Part shown: in pieces, positions 1-12,080 of the stretch
Numbering within the stretch: position 1 is the first letter of the stretch
How the letters are laid out: each line of letters opens with the position of its first letter
Assembly (NCBI RefSeq): GCF_006345805.1
Contig: NC_043024.1
Span: 7,254,001 to 7,318,000, forward strand
Direction of reading: 5' to 3'
DNA length: 64,000 nucleotides
From: Octopus sinensis
Lineage: Eukaryota
Notes under the pieces: generated by a model
What the model saw: the letters and a program-made list of their open reading frames with translations, nothing else
What the model was told of the DNA's origin: nothing
Database searches by the model: none
Made by a program: the position numbers and the translations under genes

Positions 1-133
1 TTATCATTCAGCTAGTGTTAGGAACATAAATTGTGACTAAGGTTTGGTGGAAGATTTTAATTCAAAACTTATGAAAACAAGACATTTGTACTCAGAGCCA
101 GAGCCGGTTTCAGCCGGGTTAGTAATGAAAGGG
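1..133. mobile_element. Terminal part of a piggyBac-type (TTAA) MITE
   Basis: Ends ...gaaaggg|TTAA. Same family as 36798-38295 and 51552-51766. Confidence 0.7.
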
Positions 134-174
134 TTAATATAAACCAATTTACAGAGAGGAGTTAATTGTATCAC

Positions 175-310
175 CTGTTGAAAAACATCCTTAAACTCTG
201 AGTAGGCCGCTGCAGAGGAGAAGTCAAGCCGGAATGTACGCTGTCCACTTTCACCAGAAGCTTCATCCATACTTGCCCATGTACCAGAGTGTTTATGTTT
301 TGAGGCACAC
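175..310 (-). CDS. RANBP2: RanBP2 exon, end of third RanBD; phase 2 to 0; gene continues beyond position 1
   Basis: ttcttcag|...|gtgata; CASKHKHSGTWASMDEASGESGQRTFRLDFSSAAAYSEFKDVFQQ (RanBD W..D....F..F pattern). Confidence 0.85.
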
Positions 311-431
311 CTGAAGAAATAATAATAATAATAATGGGTTTCAAATTCTGGCACAAGGCCAGCAACTTTTCTTTTTAGGGGAGGGAGTACATATATTACA
401 CTTCAGGCACACCTGAAGAAACAACAACAAA

Positions 432-468
<37 letters not shown>

Positions 469-566
469 GGTTTCAAATTCTGGCACAAGGCCAGCAACTT
501 TTCTTTTTAGGGGAGGGAGTACATATATTACACTTCAGGCACACCTGAAGAAACAACAACAACAAC

Positions 567-600
<34 letters not shown>

Positions 601-1125
601 GGTTTCAAATTCTGGCACAAGGCCAGCAACTTTTCTTTTTAGGGGAGGAAGTAGATTTATTACACTTCTGGCACACCTGAAGAAACACAACAACAATAAT
701 AATAATAATAATGGGTTTCAAATTCTGGCACAAGGCCAGCAACTTTTCTTTTTAGGGGAGGAAGTAGATTTATTACACTTCAGGCACACCTGAAGAAACA
801 ACAACAACAATAATAATAATAATAATGGGTTTCAAATTCTGGCACAAGGCCAGCAACTTTTCTTTTTAGGGGAGGAAGTAGATTTATTACACTTCAGGCA
901 CACCTGAAGAAACAACAACAATAATAATAATAATAATAATGGGTTTCAAATTCTGGCACAAGGCCAGCAACTTTTCTTTTTAGGGGAGGGAGTAAATATA
1001 TTACACTTCAGGCACACCTGAAGAAACAACAACAACAATAATAATAATAATAATAATACTGGGTTTCAAATTCTGGCACAAGGCCAGCAACTTTTCTTTT
1101 TAGGGGAGGGGAGTACATTTATTAC
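304..1125. repeat. Tandem array, about 7 units of 102-132 bp, each with SINE-derived sequence, (AAT)n/(AAC)n and the RanBP2 acceptor junction
   Basis: Unit ggcacacctgaagaaa(caa)n(taa)n tgggtttcaaattctggcacaaggccagcaac...ttacacttca. Confidence 0.95.
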
Positions 1126-1964
1126 ACTGACCTCGAAAGGATGAAAAGAAAAGTCAGCTTCAGCAGGGGTTCCTTTAGGTTCTTTGCATTATGAATGGAA
1201 ACCCTGCCAATTTTGGCCAACGTGCTTATGATTCTGCCAGTTTAGATGGATAGATACTTTCCAAATCATATAGACTCGTGGGGCCAATTTCCACGGCATA
1301 CATATTCCATACCTTGATGGGCAGCTGATCCATCGTAGGATCACCCATTTTCACCAGCTGAGTGGACTGGAGCAATGTGAAATGAAGTGCTTTGCTCAAG
1401 AACCCAATGCATCGCCCGGTCCAAGAATTGAAACCACAATCTTACAATCATAAGTACAACACCCTAACCACTGATCCATGTACTTCCACATTCTGCCAGT
1501 TTTCTAGCTTAATAATAATGATTTCAAATTTTGGCACAAAGCCAGCAATTTTGGGGTCAGGGGTAAAGCGATTACATTGACCTAAGTGTTTGACTAGAAT
1601 GTATTTCATCAACCCTGAAAGGATAAAAGGCAAAGTCGACCTCAGAGGGATTTGAACCCAGAACATAAGGACAGATGAAATGCCACTCAGCATTTTGCCT
1701 GGTGTGCTAACGATTCTGCCAGCTCCCTGCCTTCGCCAAAACAGGGATAATCAAAGTTCTAATTTTCACACAAGACCAGCAATTTTAAGGGAGAAAATAA
1801 GTCAATTATATTAACCCCAGTGCTCAACTTACTTTATCAACCACGAAAGGTTGAAAGGCGAAGTTGACCCCAGTGGTACCAAAATAATAATAATGATGAT
1901 GATGAGGATAATTCTTTCTATTTTAGGCACAGGGCCTGTAATTTTAAGGGAAGGCAGTCTTCTG

Positions 1965-2277
1965 GAGAAACAACAAGCAATTATCAGTGAGGTGGCATAT
2001 TCTCTGAAAATTAGTCATGGTTCTGCATATGAAACCATCCATGACAAGCTTCAGACTCCAGTTCTGTAAAGTCCGAGTGAGAGGAGTATACAATCATGTG
2101 GAGATCAGTCAATGCCTATTTGACTACTACATTGGTGAAGTCAAATTTTTTTTGGAAGAATCGTCAGAGGAAATGAGACCTGGATGCATCATTTTGAGGC
2201 AGAAACCGAAAGGTAGAATATAGAGTGGAAACACCTGGAATCACCAGTGGAAAAGAAATTCAAGACAACCTTTTGGG
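1965..2277 (+). mobile_element. Degenerate mariner (Tc1/mariner) transposase fragment
   Basis: Frameshifted ISEVAYSLKISHGSAYETIHDKL...FLGRIVRGNETWMHHFEAETER*NIEWKHLESPVEKKFKT, matching mariner HTH and IVTGDETW..H..PE.K.QS.EW..PGSP motifs. Confidence 0.85.
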
Positions 2278-2509
2278 AGAGAGGGGAAAGAAAAAAAAAA
2301 TGTTTTCAGGGAAGCAAAAGAGCCTATACTGGACCCTAGTACTTGCCCGGTGCTTATTTCATCAACCCCGAAAAGATGAAAGACAAAGTTGACTTCAGTG
2401 AGATTTGAACTCGGAACATAATGACAGATGAAAAATGCTGCCAAGCATTTTGACCAGCACACTAACGAGTCTACCAGCTCACTGCCTTAATAATGATGAT
2501 GATGGGCTT

Positions 2510-2897
2510 GCTCATCGAAGACAAAGTGGAAGCACTCCGTCGGTTCCGACAATGAGGGTTCCGGTTGATCCGATCAACGGAACAGCCTGCTCGTGAAATT
2601 AACGTGTAAGTGGCTGAGCACTCCACAGACACGTGTACCCTTAACGTAGTTCTCGGGGATATTCAGCGTGACACAGAGAGTGACAAGGCCGGCCCTTTGA
2701 AATACAGGTACAACAGAAACAGGAAGTAAGAGTGAGAGAAAGTTGTGGTGAAAGAGTACAGCAGGGATCACCACCATCCCCTGCCGGAGCCTCGTGGAGC
2801 TTTAGGTGTTTTCGCTCAATAAACACTCACAACGCCCGGTCTGGGAATCGAAACCGCGATCCTACGACCGCAAGTCCGCTGCCCTAACCACTGGGCT
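2510..2897 (-). mobile_element. tRNA-headed SINE (family also at about 59050-59330)
   Basis: Minus strand starts gcccagtggttagggcagcggacttgcggtcgtaggatcgcggtttcgattccc (A/B boxes). Confidence 0.7.
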
Positions 2898-3335
2898 GCA
2901 CAAATGATTTGTTTATAGTGATCAAACGTTTGTGCCATACGTCAACTCACATTCTCCATCAAATCTGATTTTTTATTACCCACAAGGGGCGAACATAGAG
3001 GGGACAATACAATCTGATCTGGGGTCAGACTTACGAATGATAAATACACAAAATGAAGTTTAAAAATTAACACAAAATGACAATATAATTAAAAACAAAA
3101 ATTCGAATGATAGAACAGACCAGAAGACATTACGGATGAAGTGGGGGGCAGGTTTAGCTCAGACCCCACGAGCCCTGCCTCGCCACTGATGACATTCTCC
3201 ATCAAATCGACGTTACCTGAACAGGTGCACGGCGTGCCCCATATCAGGTGTTGAAGTGATCGCAGAGAACACAACACACCACCCAGTCTAGGAATTGACC
3301 ACTAAGCCATGCTTATAATAATAACAATAATAATT

Positions 3336-3567
3336 ATTTCTTTACTACCCACAAGGGGCTAAACACAGAGAGGACAAACAAGGACAGACAAACAGATTAA
3401 GTTGATTATATCGACCCCAGTGCGTAACTGGTACTTATTTAATCGACCCCGAAAGGATGAAAGGCAAAGTCGACCTCGGCGGAATTTGAACTCAGAACGT
3501 AACGGCAGACAAAATACAGCTACGCATTTCGCCTGGCGTGCTAACGTTTCTGCCAGCTCGCCGCCTT
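3336..3567 (-). mobile_element. tRNA-headed SINE family A; dozens of copies in the window
   Basis: Head ggcggcgagctggcagaaacgttagc...gagttcaaattcc. Core gcctttcatcctttcggggtcgat (resembles the Meta/MESC-type SINE core from memory). Tail ...gtaaagaaata. Confidence 0.85.
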
Positions 3568-4254
3568 ATAATAATAATAATGGTTTCAAACTTTGGCACA
3601 AGGCCAGTTTTCTGCTGGTACTTATTTTATTAGTCCCGAAAGAATGGAAGGCAAAGTCAACCTTGGTGGAATTTGAACTCAAGCAATAAAGGACGAAATG
3701 CCGTGAGCATTTTGCCTGGCACAGTAACAATTCTGCCAACTCGCTGATTAGTAATGATAATAATCCTCTCTACTATAGGTACAAGGCTTGAAATTTGCGG
3801 GGAGGGGCTGGCTGATTATATCGACCCCAGTGCAAAACTGGTACTTATTTTATCGACCCTGGAAAGATGAAAGGCAAAATTGATCTTGGTGAATTTTGAA
3901 CTCAGAATGTAAAGATGGACAAAATACTGTGAGCATTTTGCTCAGCATGGTAACAATTCTGCCAACTCACCATCATAACAATAACTATAATAATTATATA
4001 CGTGCCGGTGGCATGTAAAAAACACCCACTACACTCTCGGAGTGGTTGGCGTTAGGAAGGGCATCCAGCTGTAGAAACTCTGCCAGATCAAGACTGGAGC
4101 CTGGTGCAGCCTTCTGGTTCGCCAGCCCTCAGTCAAAATCGTCCAACCCATGCTAGCATGGAAAATGGACGTTAAATGATGATGGCCAGCCTCGCCGGTG
4201 GCATGTAAAAAGCACCATCCGACTGTGGTCATTTACCAGCCCCGTCTGGCACCT

Positions 4255-4437
4255 GTGCCGGTGGCATGTAAAAAGCACCCACTACACTCACGGAGTGGTT
4301 GGCGTTAGGAAGGGCATCCAGCCGTAGAAACATTGCCAGATCAGACTGGTGCCTGGTGCAGCCTCCTGGCTTCCCAGACCCCAGTTGAACCATCCAACCC
4401 ATGCTAGCATGGAGAACGGATGTTAAACGATGATGAA
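4255..4437 (+). mobile_element. SINE family C 3' part with RTE-like (ATG)n tail; many copies
   Basis: gtggcatgtaaaaagcacccactacactc...ccaacccatgctagcatgg...gttaaacgatgatga recurs throughout on both strands. Confidence 0.75.
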
Positions 4438-4527
4438 TAATTATGATGATTTCATAAAGGAGTGAAGGCAGCATGACCAAAAGAAAGGGAAAGAGAAGTG
4501 GGAGAAAAACAGGAAGAGTAAACTTAC

Positions 4528-4655
4528 TGGGTGAAATTTGTCTCACGTGTAATGATGTGGTTGCACAACGGCTTATCAGAGCTGTCTGTCATAACTATAC
4601 GTAGGCCACCAACCGTAGCGTCATACTCCACCTGTAGGTTACCTAGGCCAAGTGA
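4528..4655 (-). CDS. RANBP2: RanBP2 exon, third (divergent) RanBD; phase 0 to 2
   Basis: (ct)n ttcag|...|gtaagt; SLGLGNLQVEYDATVGGLRIVMTDSSDKPLCNHIITRETNFT. Confidence 0.86.
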
Positions 4656-5551
4656 CTGAAAGAGGAGAGAGAGAGAATAAGATGACAGTTAGTGGACAAT
4701 ATAATACTGATGCAGGCATATGAACACCACCAATTATAATGGAAGAAAAATACTCATGGTTTTTTAAAAAAATTTGCATGCAGATCATTTAATGTGTGCT
4801 TTCCATGCTGGCATGAGTTGGACGGTTTGATAAGGAACTAGCAAGCTGGAAGACTGCACCAGGCTTCAGTGTCCGTTTTCTACTATAGACTCCGGCTGAT
4901 CAAAGCCTTATGAGTGAATTTGGTAGATGGAAACTGAAAGAAGCCCACCATATATATATTTCTTTATTACCCACAAGGGGCTAAACATAGAGGGGACAAA
5001 CGAGGACAGACAAGGGGATTAAGTCGATTACATCGGCCCCAATGATTAACTGATGCTTATTTAATTGACCCTGAAAGGATGAAAGGCAAAGTCGACCTCG
5101 GTGGAATTAGAACTCAGAACGTAACAGCAGAGAAATACCACTAGGCATTTCGCCCGGCATGCTAACGTTTCTGCCAGCTCACCGCAGGGGGAAAGTAAGA
5201 AAAATAAACGAAAATGCATGCAATGAATAGTTGTATTCAAAGCAATGATTAGTAAATTCACGAAACCGGTATGATTTTGAATCTCTTTAATAATTCACAA
5301 TAATGACTTTTATTACTTTTATTCCTACCACAGTTCATCTAATTGTATATATCTTTCGTTACTTTTCATAAAAAACCCTTTTTTTATTTACAATGTGCAT
5401 TTTCGTTTATTTTTCTTCTTACTTTCCCCTTACATTACCATGTGTAGTTTCTATTTTCTTTTGTAACATAAGTCAGCATGAAATCAGCAACATCAAAATG
5501 TCCCCTAAAACCCAAATTAAATAACCTGATATCAATCAACTAACTACTTAC

Positions 5552-5778
5552 AACCCAATCCTTGTCGACTTTGTAGTACAAGGTGGCTCTCTTCTCAAAT
5601 CGTACATCTACCTCTTCTGCCTCATTGTCATCTTTCTCCTCTTCATCTTCTCCCTCCTCGCTATGCTCAACAGCTTTGGCTTCTTCCGATCCTTCAACAG
5701 AAGTGTTTTGCAGTTCAACATTCAAATTCGACAGGGTATTGCTCAGACCTTGGACATCTGCTGGCGCCGTCCCCGATC
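5552..5778 (-). CDS. RANBP2: RanBP2 exon, acidic linker and start of a third, divergent RanBD; phase 1 to 0
   Basis: tttag|...|gtaagt; ...EEGEDEEEKDDNEAEEVDVRFEKRATLYYKVDKDWV. Confidence 0.88.
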
Positions 5779-5961
5779 CTAAATTCAAAAGAAAAAAGAA
5801 ATTTAATGCAAACCATAGGGAATGCCATGACTGGCACAGATTTATAGAAAAAGAAAATTTAAAAGCCAGCAAGGCAACAATATTTCGTTTTGTTTCAATA
5901 ATACACGCCTAAGTAAATTATAGGTTTAATAAGTCAATACTTATGTCCTACCATATGTTAA

Positions 5962-6170
5962 CAGTGTTTTTATTTCATTTTAAGGTTATCTTTATAAATT
6001 TGTGAGAAGAGGTTCTGATGAGAGGACAACTACCTTCAAAATATGTATATAGACATTACCAACTTTTTTTTTAATGTTCAATCTCATTATTTATGAAACA
6101 TAACCGAGTGCTGGCTCTGAATTCTATAGAGAATCTATAAAGACGAGCTTAAAATGAAATTAAAGCACTG
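5962..6170. mobile_element. Small foldback element flanked by TTAA
   Basis: ttaa|cagtgtttttatttcattttaag...cttaaaatgaaattaaagcactg|ttaa; about 40-bp imperfect TIRs. Confidence 0.55.
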
Positions 6171-6314
6171 TTAACACACCGCAGGACACTGAATTGATTT
6201 GATAAATCTGTAATATACTTAGTAGTGTAATATGGCAGCAAAATGAAATACTGCTGCCTTGATGGCAATCAAATATATTTACTAGTTATTATAGAAAAAA
6301 AAAAAAAATCTTAC

Positions 6315-6396
6315 CGGCCACCTGTGATTCTTCTTGCAGAAGTTTCTCTTGACATTCAGTGAAACATTTGTGGAAGCTGCTGGCAAGTTCTACTGT
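6315..6396 (-). CDS. RANBP2: RanBP2 exon, end of second RanBD; phase 0 to 1
   Basis: tgcag|...|gtaaga; TVELASSFHKCFTECQEKLLQEESQVA. Confidence 0.9.
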
Positions 6397-8186
6397 CTGC
6401 AACAACAGGAAATGGAATGTTCAATTCAGTGGATGTCGAAATTTTAAAATGTAGATTTATTGTCAATCTCTGTAAATCTAGATCAGGGGCTCTCAACCAT
6501 TTTTTTTTTATCTATGGACCCCCTTGATTACTATTTCATTCTGGTGGACTCTCCCCCACTATAGCCATTTGATGTTTAAAAACTAGTTTTACAGAAACTT
6601 CTATCAAAATTCCTGTTTTGTTTTCCACATTAACTTGTGTAGGTTAAACTCTTTACTCTTTTACTTGTTTCAGTCATTTGACTGCGGCCATCGACCCAGG
6701 GACTTATTCTATCGGTCTCTTTTGCCGAACCGCTAAGTGACGGGGACGTAAACACACCAGCATCGGTTGTCAAGCGATATTGGGGGAGACAAACACAGAC
6801 ACACAAACATATACATACATACATAAATATATACGACAGGCTTCTTTCAGTTTCCGTCTACCAAATCCACTCAAGGCATTGGTCAGCCCAAGGCTATAGC
6901 AGAAGACACTTGTCCAAGATGCCACGCAGTGGGACTGAACCCAGAACCATGTGGTTAGTAGGCAAGCTACTTACCACACAGCCACTCTTGAGCCTACTAC
7001 GTAAAATGTGAGAGAAAGAAACTGAGCTGCCCCTTGCAATACAAACATTTAAAGCGAAATCTTTTCGGGGGCCCCAATTTACTGTTTTGCTGCATGGACA
7101 CCTAAAAATCTCATACAGTGCCTCAGGGGCCATTTGGACCTTGGTTAAGAACCATTGATCTAGATGGACAAGCACAAAATACTTACACACACTCACAGTA
7201 TATAAAAGTTTTTATTTAGTTACCCTGGAGATGGAAAGCAAAGCCAACCACAACCAAATATGAACTTGGAATGTCAGAAACTGACATCAAGAAATTTGCC
7301 AAATCAACTATTTTCTCCAATTCTTATAATAATAATGGGGGAGCTTCATAAACATGTGTTGAGAGGGATTATTTGGGGTTAGAATAATTCACCTTTGGAA
7401 ACATGGGTGTTTTGTTCAACATCCTTGAACAACCCTTATTCAGAGACCTTTTGAGCCAGATGGGTTACTTGACCAGAAGAAAATTCTAACTGGGCCCCAC
7501 CTGCAAGGTCATGTGCTGTTTATCTTGATATGAAATCAGTATGTCGCGCACATATGGTTGTAATGCATGTGCCTAGTGTACCCTTATCAGACGGGTAGTC
7601 ATGATGGGTATACAGGGCTTCGTATATTTTACCCCAGTGTCACTTTGATGGCATGCACTGCTCTCTCACACAATAATAATAATAATAATAACAATAATCA
7701 TCATCACCGTTTAACGCCCGTTTTCCATGCCAGCATGGGTTGGACGGTTCAATTGGGGTCTGGGAAGCCAGAAGGCTACGCCAGGCCCAGTCTGATCTGG
7801 CAGTGTTTCTACAGCTGGATGCCCTTCCTAACGCCAACCACTCCGTGAGTGTAGTGGGTGCTTTTTACGTGCCACCTGCACAGGTGCCAGACGAGGCTGG
7901 CAATGACCACAATCGGATGGTGCATTTTACATGCCACCAGCACGGAGGCCAGTCGGGGTGGCGCTGGCAACGGCCACGTTCGGATGGTTCTCTTACGTGC
8001 CATCGGCACAGGTATCACAGCTACAATTTCCATTGATGTTGATCAATTTCGATTTTGATTTTCACTTGCCTCAAAAAACAAAAAGCAGTTTAGTCCTCAA
8101 ATCACGGCCACATTATGTAACAGTCCCTGATGTACACAAAACACACAAAGTAACAACAATACCATAATGATCCAACAGGTTCTTAC

Positions 8187-8365
8187 CTTAAAGCGTACAG
8201 CAAACTGTTCCACTGTACCTTCTTTCTCATCTGTGTAGTCACGGGCCACCCAACACCAAGCCGTCTCTGAGGTGAACATTCTCTTCAGGACTAAGTTGGT
8301 CGTCAACAGGTGGTTACAGGCCACCTTTAACACTTGTTCTCTTCGGAAAAGCAGCCGGAATCGAA
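8187..8365 (-). CDS. RANBP2: RanBP2 exon, second RanBD; phase 1 to 0
   Basis: tctag|...|gtaaga; RFRLLFRREQVLKVACNHLLTTNLVLKRMFTSETAWCWVARDYTDEKEGTVEQFAVRFK. Confidence 0.93.
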
Positions 8366-9559
8366 CTAGAAGTAAATGTTGAGTACAAATATAGACACAA
8401 AGAACTAAGGATTCTAACTAAAACATCATGAAGTTTTTTGCCTACCATTCTTCCCCTTCACTGCAGAATAATCATCATCCACATCGTCGTTTAACGTCCG
8501 CTTTCCATGCTAGCATGGGTTGGACAAATGACTGAGGGCTGGCGAACCAGATGGCTGCACCAGGCTTCATAATTAATAATAATGGCTTCAAATTTTTGCC
8601 ACAAGGGCAGCAATTTTTACAGTGACTGGTACTTTGACCCCGAAAGAATGAAAGGCAAAGTCAACCTCGGCTTTGCCTTTCATCATTTTGCCCCAGCATG
8701 GCCAAAGCCTAATGACAAACAAGTAAAAGAAAGGACATGCTACATTGTTCTATGTTGTTACTACTGATATATATATAATTATTTAAAATGGCGACTAGTA
8801 GTAACACTGCTGTGTGGCAGGCTTGAACGATTGCAAAGGTCTCATCATCATCATCGTTTAACGTCCGCTTCCCATGCTAGCATGGGTTGGACGATTTTGA
8901 CTGAGGGCTGGCAAACCAGATGGCTGCACCAGGCTCCAATCTTGATCTGGAAGAGTTTCTACAGCTGGATGCCCTTCCTGACGCCAACTACTCCGAGAGT
9001 GTAGTGGGTGCTTTTTACGTGCCACTGGCACAGGCGCCAGTCAGGCGGTACTGGCAACGACCTCGCTCAAATCTTTTTTACACGTGTCACCGGCTCAGGT
9101 GCCATTGAAGCGACGTTGGTAACGATCACGCTCGAATGGTGCCCTTTTATGTGCCACGGGTACGGAAGCCAGTTGGCTGCTCTGGCAACGATCACGCTCA
9201 GATGGTGCTCTTGGCACCCTACAAGCATGGGCACAAGTGCCAGTAAGGCAACGCTGGTAACGATCATGCTCGAATGGTGCCCTTTTATGTGCCACTGGCA
9301 CAGAAGCTGGTTAGCCACTCTGTCAACGATCACAGTCGTATGGTGCTCTTTGCACCCCGCTAGCACGGATGCCAGTCATTGAATTGATTTTGGTTTTGAT
9401 TGATTTCTTCACATAAAACCATTGGTTGCTTTGTTAACCCACAAATTATACATACACACACACACACACACAGATTTCAAATAACCCAGCATAGTGGTCA
9501 TGGTTGGCACCGTTTTGATCAATAAGGAACACCCAAAAGTCAAACAACAAAACACTCAC

Positions 9560-9682
9560 CGGATCCGTTGTGGCTGAGTATTTTCATATTTCCTATTCCT
9601 TTTTCCTTCCAACAATTGAGTGACTTGTCAAACCGATATAGTTTCGATCGCTGTACAAATAACGGTGTTTCATCCTCCTCAC
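9560..9682 (-). CDS. RANBP2: RanBP2 exon, second RanBD; phase 1 to 1
   Basis: tttttcag|...|gtgagt; GEEDETPLFVQRSKLYRFDKSLNCWKEKGIGNMKILSHNGS. Confidence 0.93.
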
Positions 9683-9779
9683 CTGAAAAACAAATTGAAA
9701 TTAAAATATAATTAATTATAATTCAAGGTACATGCCGGAATGACTGGGTGGTTAAACAGCTTGCTTCCAAACTGAGTGC

Positions 9780-10265
9780 ATCTCACGTGGCACAGGCACA
9801 AGTACATCTCACGTGGCACGGGCACGAGTGCACCTCTCACGTGGCACGGGTGCACCTCTCACGTGGCACGAGTGCACCTCTCACGTGGCACGAGTGCACC
9901 TCTCACGTGGCACGAGTGCACCTCTCACGTGGCACGAGTGCACCTCTCACGTGGCACGGGCACGAGTGCACCTCTCACGTGGCACGGGCACGAGTGCACC
10001 TCTCACGTGGCACGGGCACAAGTGCACCTCACGTGGCACAGGCACAAGTGCACCTCTCACGTGGCACGGGCACGAGTGCACCTCTCACGTGGCACGGGCA
10101 CGAGTGCACCTCTCACGTGGCACGGTCACGAGTGCACCTCTCACGTGGCACGGTCACGAGTGCACCTCACGTGGCACGGTCACGAGTGCACCTCACGTGG
10201 CACGGGCACGAGTGCACCTCTCACGTGGCACAGGCACAACTACATCTCACGTGGCACCAGCACGA
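9780..10265. repeat. 22/28-bp minisatellite containing 19 CACGTG E-boxes
   Basis: Unit cacgagtgcacctctcacgtgg(+cacggg); CACGTG counted by hand. Confidence 0.95.
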
Positions 10266-11089
10266 GTGTTTCTTTCATGTGGCACTGGCACCTGTAAAGG
10301 ACAAGCCTGTAAGTAAACAAAAACTGAAATAAGCCTGTTGTGTATGTGTGTACCCTTGCCTTGATGTCATATGATGGTAGTAAATGAGCATCACTGCCAT
10401 AAGCGAGGTTGTCTCCAGTCTTCGATGGAAAACATGTTTGGCTACGATGTCTTGCAAACAACTTGCACATGCAAGTGCTACCGGTCAAAAACACCGCATA
10501 CCGCAAGCCAGCAAGTGTATGGGGTCATCAGGAGAGAATGCGTGCCGTTTCGGGGCCTACCTCTCGACGGCATCAATGCGCACCGGCCCCCCCCCCACCC
10601 TCACTGATACGAGGCCCCGCTTGCTAGATCAGCTGGTTATTAAAATAAGCTCAATATCCTTTTAGCCATTGCTCATCGTCTCTTTTTAGCCAAATCCAGT
10701 GGCTGGCCTTCTCCACCGTAGTTTGGATATTGGTCACGGTGGGATTGACTTTACGATGAGTTAGGCCTATCGATAACAACAGTCGTCTCACACTGTGTCC
10801 AACGAACCCTCCACATCCAACTTCGATTGGAAAATGCTCCGCTTTCCAGCCTGTGTCTTCACATTCCTCGAGGAGGTTTACATGGGAGTTAGTGACAGGA
10901 AGAGCACCTGGCAGTAGAAAATTTGCCTCAACAAATTACTAATTGAAATGTTTATGGCTTTGACTGGTGTGGCATATTAAGGATTGGGACTTAGTCAGAG
11001 ATCCAGAAAGACGGTAGTTCCCATTTGGCTCAATGCACAGCTTAGATGTACATCATGTGTATGTGTGTGTGTGCATGCACAAAAATTAA

Positions 11090-11520
11090 TGATCAATGGA
11101 GAAAGAATGGGAGGAGTGAGGGATGGGGAAGAGAAAGTGGGAGGTGGGGAAAGAGGGGGTGAGGAAAGAGGGGGTGAGGAAAAGGGGGATTGGTAAGAGA
11201 AAGCGAGGAGAGGGATGGGGAAGAGAAAGACAGAGGGATGAGAAAGAGAGAGGGGAAGGGGATGAGGGAAGAGCGAGGAGAGAAGGGGATGAGGGAAGAG
11301 CGAGGAGAGAAGGGGATGAGGGAAGAGCGAGGAGAGAAGGGGATGAGGGAAGAGCGAGGAGAGAAGGGGATGAGGGAAGAGCGAGGAGAGAAGAGGATGG
11401 GGGAAGAGCAAGGAGAGAGGGATAAGAAAGAGAGAGGGGAAAGGAGATGGGGGAAGAGAGGGGAGAAGGGGATGGGGGAAGAGAGGGGAGAAGGGGATGG
11501 AGGAAGAGAAAAAGAGATGA
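11090..11520. repeat. Purine-rich (GA/GGA) low-complexity tract with 27-bp tandem units
   Basis: ggggatgagggaagagcgaggagagaa repeated. Confidence 0.95.
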
Positions 11521-11540
11521 ACAAACAAAAATTTACTTAC

Positions 11541-11711
11541 CACTCTTTCTATCAATGAGAGCTGGTAGTTCGATAACAGGATCAAAGTGAATATCAACAT
11601 TAGCTACAACATCATCATCGTCCTCATCATCGTTGTGGGCGGCACCGGGGCTGGACTTGACATCAAACAGCTTCTGACCGGCACCTTGCCAGGAAAATGG
11701 TTTGTTTTTGT
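11541..11711 (-). CDS. RANBP2: RanBP2 exon, start of second RanBD; phase 1 to 1
   Basis: ctttcag|...|gtaagt; KNKPFSWQGAGQKLFD...DIHFDPVIELPALIDRKS. Confidence 0.9.
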
Positions 11712-11850
11712 CTGAAAGATAAAGTCATGTCATATGTTAAGAAGAAGGCCACCACCACCACAATGGGAGTAAATGGGGGGAGTAGATCAAGTTGTGGGCA
11801 GCCAGAGGCACATGACAGTGGCATGGACATGTGATGGTATAAAACAGTAG

Positions 11851-12080
11851 GGTGGCGAGCTGGCAGAAACGTTAGCATGCCGGGCAAAATGCGGAGGCGT
11901 ATTTCGTCTGCCTTTACGTTCTGAGTTCAAATTCCGCTGAGGTCGATTTGCCTTTCATCCTTTCGAGGTCGATTAAATAAGTACCAGTTACGCACTGGGG
12001 TCGATATAATCGACTTAATACCTATGTCTGTCCTTGTTTGTCCCCCCCTGTGTTTAGCCCCTTGTGGGAAGTAAAGAAAT
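11851..12080 (+). mobile_element. SINE family A copy
   Basis: Full head-core-tail match to the family A consensus. Confidence 0.85.

Noticed and set aside
304-1125. Possible CRISPR-like array (also considered for the 9.8, 13.2, 16.7 and 36.8 kb arrays)
   Set aside because: No unique spacers, no cas genes, eukaryotic intron context.
3089-3277. ORF ...GNVDLMENVISGEAGLVGSELNLPP as a RanBP2 exon
   Set aside because: In the required phase 2 the acceptor at 3217 gives an immediate TAA, and exons 4528 and 310 already join in phase to complete the domain.
6015-6041. CTGATGA-GAGG...CCTTC-AAAA as a hammerhead
   Set aside because: GAAA is absent, stem II is imperfect and no convincing stem I. Could be a decayed relic but is unsupported.
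9748-10332. Three overlapping 167-194 aa His/Cys/Trp-rich ORFs suggesting a repeat protein
   Set aside because: All three frames give permutations of the same peptides because of the 22/28-bp units; no splice or start context.
11851-11935. SINE heads as functional tRNA genes (applies to all SINE A, B and D copies)
   Set aside because: Only A/B boxes are retained, there is no full cloverleaf, and they run directly into SINE bodies.
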